64,000 nt of DNA. Source: Candidatus Sulfopaludibacter sp. (GTDB taxonomy: Bacteria; Acidobacteriota; Terriglobia; Bryobacterales; Bryobacteraceae). Of the stretch, positions 58,490 through 64,000 are shown one piece after another. The DNA lies in contig JARLGM010000008.1 of NCBI GenBank assembly GCA_031292755.1, positions 21,602-85,601 on the forward strand. Direction: 5' to 3'. The notes under the pieces were generated by a model. That model did no database searches. It had not been told where the DNA came from and saw nothing but the letters and a program-made list of their open reading frames with translations. The first letter of the stretch is position 1, and each line of letters begins with the position of its first letter. Both the position numbers and the translations under genes were made by a program.

Positions 58490-61093
58490 ATGGCCGCGCC
58501 CTCCAGCCCGGAACGTTGGAAGCGCATCGAGGATCTCTTTCACCGGGCGCTGGAACTGGAGAAGAACGAACAAACCATCTTCCTGGATACGGCTTGCGCC
58601 GGCGACCCCGACCTGCGGGCGGAGCTGGAATCTCTCTTGCAGTCTTCCGAAAGCAGCGCGGATTTCATCGAAGCGCCGCTGCACGCCGCGGCGCTCGATT
58701 TTTGCGCCGGGCGGGCGCCGGCCGCCCTGCCTGAAGGCTCGCGCGTGGGCCACTACCGGATCCTGTCCACGCTGGGTTCCGGCGGCATGGGCCGGGTGTA
58801 TCTGGCGGAAGACACCAGGCTGGCGCGCAAAGTGGCGCTGAAGACGCTGACGCCCGGGTTGGTTCATAACGCCCGTGCCCTGGGCCGTTTCGAGCAGGAG
58901 GCCCGGTCCGCCTCGGCCCTCAACCATCCGAACATTCTGACCATCTACGAAGTGGGTCAGTTTGAAGGGTCGCACTACATTGTTTCCGAGTTTATCGACG
59001 GCATCACGCTCCGGGAGAAACTGGCGGGAGGCCGGCTGGGCGTCGATGCGGCGCTGGATATCGCCACCCAGGTTGCGGCGGGACTGGCGGCGGCACACGC
59101 CGCGGGCATCGAGCATCGCGACATCAAGCCGGAAAACATCATCCTGCGCAACGACGGACTGGTGAAGATCGTGGACTTCGGCATCGCCAAACTGAGCCGC
59201 GAGACCGGAAGTGAAGAGCGCGTCCCCGGTGCGGCGCTCTCGGCCACCCTGCCTGGGGTGGTGCTGGGCACCGCCCGGTACATGTCTCCCGAACAGGCTC
59301 GCGGACTGCCGGCCGCGCAGGGCACGGACGTGTTCAGCCTGGGCGCGGTACTTTACGAGATGTTGGCGGGGAAGCCGGCATTTGAAGGCGACACCACCAG
59401 CGACGTGATCGCCGAGATTCTGAAGGGAGAGCCGCCGCCGCTTTCGCGAATGGCCCCGGAGACGCCGCCGGAATTGTGTGCCGCGGTCGCGCATGCTCTC
59501 CGCAAAGACGCGGAAACCCGATGTCGCGCAGTCGACATGCTGACCGGCCTGAGGGCGCTCAAGCGGGACCGCGAATTCCGCGCTCAATTCGGCCGGCCGC
59601 CAAAACCACGTAGCCGGCGGGCCCTGCTTCTGGCGCTGGCCCTGGTCATCGCAACACTCGCCGGTTATCTGTGGTGGAGCCGATCGGCGAGACCGCCCGC
59701 CCCTGGGGTTCGCAGCCTGGCGATTCTGCCGTTCCGAAATCTCAAACCCGATCCGGCTACGGATTTCCTGGGCTTTTCGCTGGCCGACGCCGCCATCACC
59801 AAGCTCGGCTACGTCAGTTCGCTCACGCTGAGGCCGTCTTCCGCGGTCGAGAGCTACCGCAACCGCACGGTCGATCCGCGTAAGGCGGCAGCCGAGTTGA
59901 ATGTAAACACCCTGCTCACGGGCGCCTATCTCAAGGATGGCGACGACCTGCGCATCACCACGCAATTGATTGACGTCCGCGCCGACCGGGTGATCTGGCG
60001 CGACACCATCGACATTAAATATGAGAAGCTGCTGACGGTGGAAGACCGGGTGGCGCGGCAGATTATCGCCGGCCTGGAACTGACTCTTTCCCCGGCCGAA
60101 GCCAGTCACGTGCAATTCGCCGGGCGAATCGATCAATCCGCCTACGAACAGTATCTCCGCGGCGTGGACCTCTACGCCATGAACGACTATCTCAGCGCCA
60201 TTCACGTGCTGCGGGAATCCGCCAGGATGGAGCCGAATTATGCCCTCACCTGGGCCCACCTGGGCCGCGCCTATTCGGCGAATGCTTCTTTACAGTTTGG
60301 GGGCAGGGAACAGTACGCGCAGGCCCAGGCGGCATACGAGAAAGCTCTGGCGCTGGAACCGGCGCTCCTCGAACCGCGTATCTGGATGGCGAACCTGCTC
60401 ACCGATACGGGCCGTGTGGAGCAGTCCGTTCCGCTGCTTCGCGATGTGCTGGCGATCAATCCCAACAGCGCCGAAGCGCATTGGGAGTTGGGATATGCCT
60501 ATCGCTTTGCCGGGATGCTCGACGATTCCGTGCGGGAAGGTGAGTTGGCGCGCCGCATCGACCCGGAAGTAAAAATCAATAACTCCGCGCTCAACTCCTA
60601 TTTCTACCGCGGGCAGTACGACGCCTTCCTTGCCAGCCTTCCGGACATCGATTCGGTGTACATTCTGTTCTATCGCGGCCTGGGCGAATACTACAAGCGG
60701 GATTACGCCGCGGCCACGGCGCACTGGGACCGGGCCTTCTCGCGGGACCCGTCTTTGCTCCAGGCGGAAATTGGCGAGGCGCTGGCCGACGCCATCCGGC
60801 GCCACTACGCCGCGGGTATCAACCTGCTCCGTGGGACGGAAAGCAAGATCGACACACGCGGCGTGACCGACGCTGAAGGCATCTACAAGGTGAGCCAGGC
60901 TTACGCGGCGCTCGGAGACAGACCCTCCGCGCTGCGGTTGCTGCGGCGCAGCGTCGAAGGCGGATTCTTCTGTTATCCCTACCTGATATCCGATCCCCTG
61001 CTGGAAACCCTCCACGGCGATCGCAGGTTCGAACAACTGAAGGAACTCGCGCGCCGGCGCCACGAGCAGTTCCGGTACCGTTTCTTTCAGTAG
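58490..61093 (+). CDS. Transmembrane Ser/Thr protein kinase with a periplasmic TolB-N-like module and TPR repeats
   Basis: Motifs GSGGMGRVYLA, VALK, HRDIKPENIIL, DFGIAK, GTARYMSPEQ. TM helix ALLLALALVIATLAGYLWW. Periplasmic part SLAILPFRNL...FSLADAAITKLG followed by TPR-like repeats. Starts 9 nt after the sigma gene. Confidence 0.92.
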   Translation: MAAPSSPERWKRIEDLFHRALELEKNEQTIFLDTACAGDPDLRAELESLLQSSESSADFIEAPLHAAALDFCAGRAPAALPEGSRVGHYRILSTLGSGGMGRVYLAEDTRLARKVALKTLTPGLVHNARALGRFEQEARSASALNHPNILTIYEVGQFEGSHYIVSEFIDGITLREKLAGGRLGVDAALDIATQVAAGLAAAHAAGIEHRDIKPENIILRNDGLVKIVDFGIAKLSRETGSEERVPGAALSATLPGVVLGTARYMSPEQARGLPAAQGTDVFSLGAVLYEMLAGKPAFEGDTTSDVIAEILKGEPPPLSRMAPETPPELCAAVAHALRKDAETRCRAVDMLTGLRALKRDREFRAQFGRPPKPRSRRALLLALALVIATLAGYLWWSRSARPPAPGVRSLAILPFRNLKPDPATDFLGFSLADAAITKLGYVSSLTLRPSSAVESYRNRTVDPRKAAAELNVNTLLTGAYLKDGDDLRITTQLIDVRADRVIWRDTIDIKYEKLLTVEDRVARQIIAGLELTLSPAEASHVQFAGRIDQSAYEQYLRGVDLYAMNDYLSAIHVLRESARMEPNYALTWAHLGRAYSANASLQFGGREQYAQAQAAYEKALALEPALLEPRIWMANLLTDTGRVEQSVPLLRDVLAINPNSAEAHWELGYAYRFAGMLDDSVREGELARRIDPEVKINNSALNSYFYRGQYDAFLASLPDIDSVYILFYRGLGEYYKRDYAAATAHWDRAFSRDPSLLQAEIGEALADAIRRHYAAGINLLRGTESKIDTRGVTDAEGIYKVSQAYAALGDRPSALRLLRRSVEGGFFCYPYLISDPLLETLHGDRRFEQLKELARRRHEQFRYRFFQ

Positions 61094-61168
61094 TCGAGCC
61101 GGTATTTGTGTATACTGGTGAAAACTCCGGGATCCGGCAGCCCGGCATTCCCGGCGCGAGGGATACCG

Positions 61169-63010
61169 ATGAGATTTCTGGCCGCCGTTTTGCTTGCGCC
61201 CGCTCTTTTCGCTCAAGAGCCAACCATTAACCAGATTCGCTCCGCCGCTACGCAGTCTATCGCGCTGCTGCAAAAGGGTTCCACCGGATTTTACAAGGTA
61301 CAGGACTGCTTTTCCTGCCATCATGCCGGACTTCCGGTGCGGGCGCTGGAACTGGCCCGCGAACGTGGTGTGCCGGTAGACGAGGCCGCTGCCCGTGCGT
61401 CGCTGTTGAAAGCACTGGCCTATAGTCCCGACCTGACTTCGATCGACCGCGTGGTGCAGTCCACCATGATCATTGACCCGGCAAGCTCCGAAGCATCCGC
61501 CCTGATCACGGCCGCGCTAGCGGGTGTGAAGCCCAGCCTGACCACCGCGATCCAGGCTCGCCTGATCGCCAGGCAGCAGCGTGACGACGGACACTGGCTC
61601 ACCGATGACCAGCGTCCTCCACAGGGCCACAGCCAGTTCACGGCCACCGCGGAGGCAGCCCGCGCCATGCTGCTCTACATGCCCGAGGAATTGCGCAAGG
61701 AAGCGGCAGCCCGCGCCGAACGCGCCAAAGCATGGCTACTAAAGGCCACGCCGGTGACCACCGAAGACTACACCTACCGGCTCCAGGGACTCGCCTGGAC
61801 CGGGGCAAGCGCCGCGCAACGAGCCGCCGCCGTGCGCGAACTACGGGCACTGCAGCGCGCCGATGGCGGCTGGGGCCAACTGCCACGAAGGGAATCGGAC
61901 GCTTATGCCACCGGCGAAGCATTGGCCGCCCTGGCTGAAGCCGGCAACGTAGCGACGACCGACCCGGGCTGGCGCAAAGGTCTGCGGTACCTGCTGTCCA
62001 CGCAGAACCCCGATGGATCGTGGCGCGTTGCCACCCGCATGATCACCCCCGCCCAGGTAAGCCCGCCGTATTTCGAAACCGGCTTTCCTTTCGGGCACGA
62101 CCAGTTCATCTCCTCGTCCGGCACCTCCTTTGCCGCCATGGCCCTGATGCTGGCGCTGCCCAAGAGCGCAACGCCCGCGCCCACGCCGGTTCTGGCGGAA
62201 TTGGAACCGAAAGGCGTTCAGCCCTGGATGCAAACCGCTCTGTTCGGCACGGCGAAGGAGTTTCAGTCGCTGCTCGATGGCGGTCTGGATCCCGCCAGCC
62301 ACACCGAAGGCGGCACGACGCTGCTGATGATGGCGGCGCCCGATGCGGCCAAAATGAAAATGCTGCTCGACCGGGGCGTGGACGTGAACGCCAAGGCGAA
62401 GAGCGGATACACCGCGCTGATGGTCGCGTCTATGTATCGCGGCTCCTTTGATGGAGTTCGGTTACTCCTCGACCGGGGCGCGAATGCGGCGCCGGGCACG
62501 GGCGTGATGTTCAACGCGTCGCCGCTTCTGCTGGCGGTGTTCGCGGGCGAGCCCGCTACGCTGCAATTGCTCCACTCCAAGGGCGCGGATGCCAACCGCA
62601 GGATGCTGCTCCTCGGTGCATTCCCGGCGTCACCTTTGGCCCAAGCGGTCGCAATGGGTGAGCCGGAGGTGATCCGGGCTTTGATCGCATCCGGCGCCGA
62701 CATCAAAGAGCATGATCCCGATGGCACCAGCCTGCTGCAAATGGCGGCGATGGCAAATCATGTGGAAGCAGCACAGACGCTGATTGCGGCGGGCGCGCCT
62801 TTGAACGATGCCGATAAGCACGGCTACACGGCGCTGCTGTACGCCTCCACGGTGGATTTCGGCGACGACCGCATGGTGAATCTGCTGCTGAAAGCCGGCG
62901 CCGATCCCACGCTTCGCACCAAGGCCGGCGAGACCCCGCTTTCGCAGGCGAAGCGGTATCACTACGCGCACATTGAGGCTGCGCTGGAAAAAGCCGGCGC
63001 GCGCGAATAA
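61169..63010 (+). CDS. Secreted multidomain protein: CxxCH motif + prenyltransferase/terpene-cyclase-like alpha-toroid repeats + C-terminal ankyrin repeats
   Basis: Signal peptide MRFLAAVLLAPALFAQE. CFSCH at about 61307-61321. Repeats QRDDGHW / RADGGWGQ / QNPDGSW. At least four ankyrin-like units (GGTTLLMMAA, GYTALMVAS, DGTSLLQMAAMANHVEAAQTLIAAGAPLNDADKHGYTALLYAS). Confidence 0.8.
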   Translation: MRFLAAVLLAPALFAQEPTINQIRSAATQSIALLQKGSTGFYKVQDCFSCHHAGLPVRALELARERGVPVDEAAARASLLKALAYSPDLTSIDRVVQSTMIIDPASSEASALITAALAGVKPSLTTAIQARLIARQQRDDGHWLTDDQRPPQGHSQFTATAEAARAMLLYMPEELRKEAAARAERAKAWLLKATPVTTEDYTYRLQGLAWTGASAAQRAAAVRELRALQRADGGWGQLPRRESDAYATGEALAALAEAGNVATTDPGWRKGLRYLLSTQNPDGSWRVATRMITPAQVSPPYFETGFPFGHDQFISSSGTSFAAMALMLALPKSATPAPTPVLAELEPKGVQPWMQTALFGTAKEFQSLLDGGLDPASHTEGGTTLLMMAAPDAAKMKMLLDRGVDVNAKAKSGYTALMVASMYRGSFDGVRLLLDRGANAAPGTGVMFNASPLLLAVFAGEPATLQLLHSKGADANRRMLLLGAFPASPLAQAVAMGEPEVIRALIASGADIKEHDPDGTSLLQMAAMANHVEAAQTLIAAGAPLNDADKHGYTALLYASTVDFGDDRMVNLLLKAGADPTLRTKAGETPLSQAKRYHYAHIEAALEKAGARE

Positions 63011-63046
63011 TGCCGTCCGGCCAACGGCGCTAAAATTGAGATCGCC

Positions 63047-64000
63047 ATGTCTCAGACTCTCGCCGTGTGCCTGCTGGCGATGCAGGGCGCGATGGGCTTC
63101 GCGGCCGCGGAAACCCGAACCGTCACATTGGAGGGCGCCAGCGCCGAACAGAAGTGGGCGCTCAAGGATCTGAATCCCGGCCTGCGTGCCGACTGGTCGG
63201 GCTTCGATTACCTGGTGCTGGAATTCCGCGCCTCTTCGCCACAGCGATTCCAATTGCGCCTTTACACAACCGACGGCAACCGTAACGCCGGCATCAATCC
63301 GTTCCCCGGCACATGGATCCGCGCGGCATTGCCCCTCTCGATTTTTACGCAGCAATCGCGCTCGGGTAGCGACATGGCCTCGGTTTCCAACCGCTCGCGG
63401 CCATCCTACTACCTGAACCTGAATGGCCCGTACGGGCCGCTGACCTCGGTGGAAGCGATTGGCATCGCGATGCAGGTTCCTCTGGGCAAGCCCACGTTCG
63501 AGCTGCGCTCGGTGCGCCTCGCCAAGGAATCGCCGGGCGATGCGGTGCTGGAACCCAAGCCGCTGGTGGACGAACTGGGCCAGTGGATTCACGCCGAGCA
63601 TCGCACGCTGGACCAGGTGAAGCGCGAATGGGCTCGCGAGGATCAATCCCTGCGCGCGGGCGATTTCGGCTATTGCCGCTACGGCGGATTTGCCGCCACC
63701 AAGGCCAAGGCCACGGGCTTTTTCCGCGTGGAAAAAGTGGATGGCAAGTGGTGGTTCGTGGATCCCGACGGCCACCTGTTCTATTCCACCGGCGTGGATT
63801 GCGTCCGTTCCGAAATGGGTACGCGCACCGAAGGCCGCGACGGCGTGTATATGGCGCTGCCTCCCGCCGAACTGCAACAGGGCTCCATGGCGTCGTTCTA
63901 CACGTGGAATCTGCTGCGCCGCTTCGGCGCGGAGTGGAAAAACAAATGGCCGGATCTGGCCGCGCGGCGCATGTCCGCATGGGGCATCAATACAGTGGCC
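63047..64000 (+). CDS. Secreted putative glycoside hydrolase, N-terminal 318 aa (3' end outside window)
   Basis: My own translation from ATG 63047 stays open to the window end: MSQTLAVCLLAMQGAMGFAAAETRTV..., then a beta-sandwich-like region, then GFFRVEKVDGKWWFVDPDGHLFYSTGVD, a motif I associate with the start of TIM-barrel glycosidases. TAAAAT lies 10 nt upstream. Confidence 0.6.
   Translation, partial: MSQTLAVCLLAMQGAMGFAAAETRTVTLEGASAEQKWALKDLNPGLRADWSGFDYLVLEFRASSPQRFQLRLYTTDGNRNAGINPFPGTWIRAALPLSIFTQQSRSGSDMASVSNRSRPSYYLNLNGPYGPLTSVEAIGIAMQVPLGKPTFELRSVRLAKESPGDAVLEPKPLVDELGQWIHAEHRTLDQVKREWAREDQSLRAGDFGYCRYGGFAATKAKATGFFRVEKVDGKWWFVDPDGHLFYSTGVDCVRSEMGTRTEGRDGVYMALPPAELQQGSMASFYTWNLLRRFGAEWKNKWPDLAARRMSAWGINTVA

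Noticed and set aside
1-64000. CRISPR arrays, IS elements, integrases, prophage genes, rRNA and tRNA genes
   Set aside because: I saw no regularly spaced direct repeats, terminal inverted repeats, or transposase, integrase or phage-like ORFs while reading both strands. All intergenic regions except 11862-12249 are too short to hold such elements.

Overview
This is a high-GC (by eye above 60%), densely coding chromosomal segment with about 52 protein-coding genes. I found no rRNA, tRNA, CRISPR array, transposase or integrase. The gene content points to Acidobacteriota of the Solibacter/Bryobacter type. Markers are two ADOP-type duplicated MacB-like orphan permeases, two VWFA-related Acidobacterial-domain proteins, a TIGR03435/DUF3738-like protein, and two TIGR02999-like ECF sigma factors, one of them paired with a Ser/Thr kinase. 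Housekeeping genes include a class II (B12) ribonucleotide reductase with NrdR-box-like sites and the only textbook intrinsic terminator in the window. Others are a translationally coupled ftsY-ribD-ribE string, an acyl-CoA carboxyltransferase with BCCP, an RNase II-family exoribonuclease and a LOG protein. Transport and accessory genes include an RND pair followed by a glycine-zipper lipoprotein, a GH2 hydrolase, an M61 peptidase, and two ABC ATPase modules with atypical permease partners. One of those modules sits under a YtrA-type GntR regulator and has two tandem paralogous permeases. Best follow-ups: (1) -10-like hexamers 6-10 nt from start codons with no Shine-Dalgarno, including a perfect palindrome that could serve two divergent leaderless genes; (2) a VWFA-related gene whose signal peptide begins at an ACG placed at ideal spacing from AAGGAGG; (3) the YtrA/ABC/tandem-permease locus; (4) a spermidine-synthase-fold polytopic membrane protein coupled to a GT-C-like membrane protein; (5) an ECF sigma/kinase pair followed by a secreted CxxCH + alpha-toroid + ankyrin protein; (6) a decayed nucleotidyltransferase cassette next to a SWIM-SNF2 helicase. 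All functional calls come from motif recognition by eye; no database search was possible. I did not find a single clearly novel multi-gene system; the loci above are candidates only.
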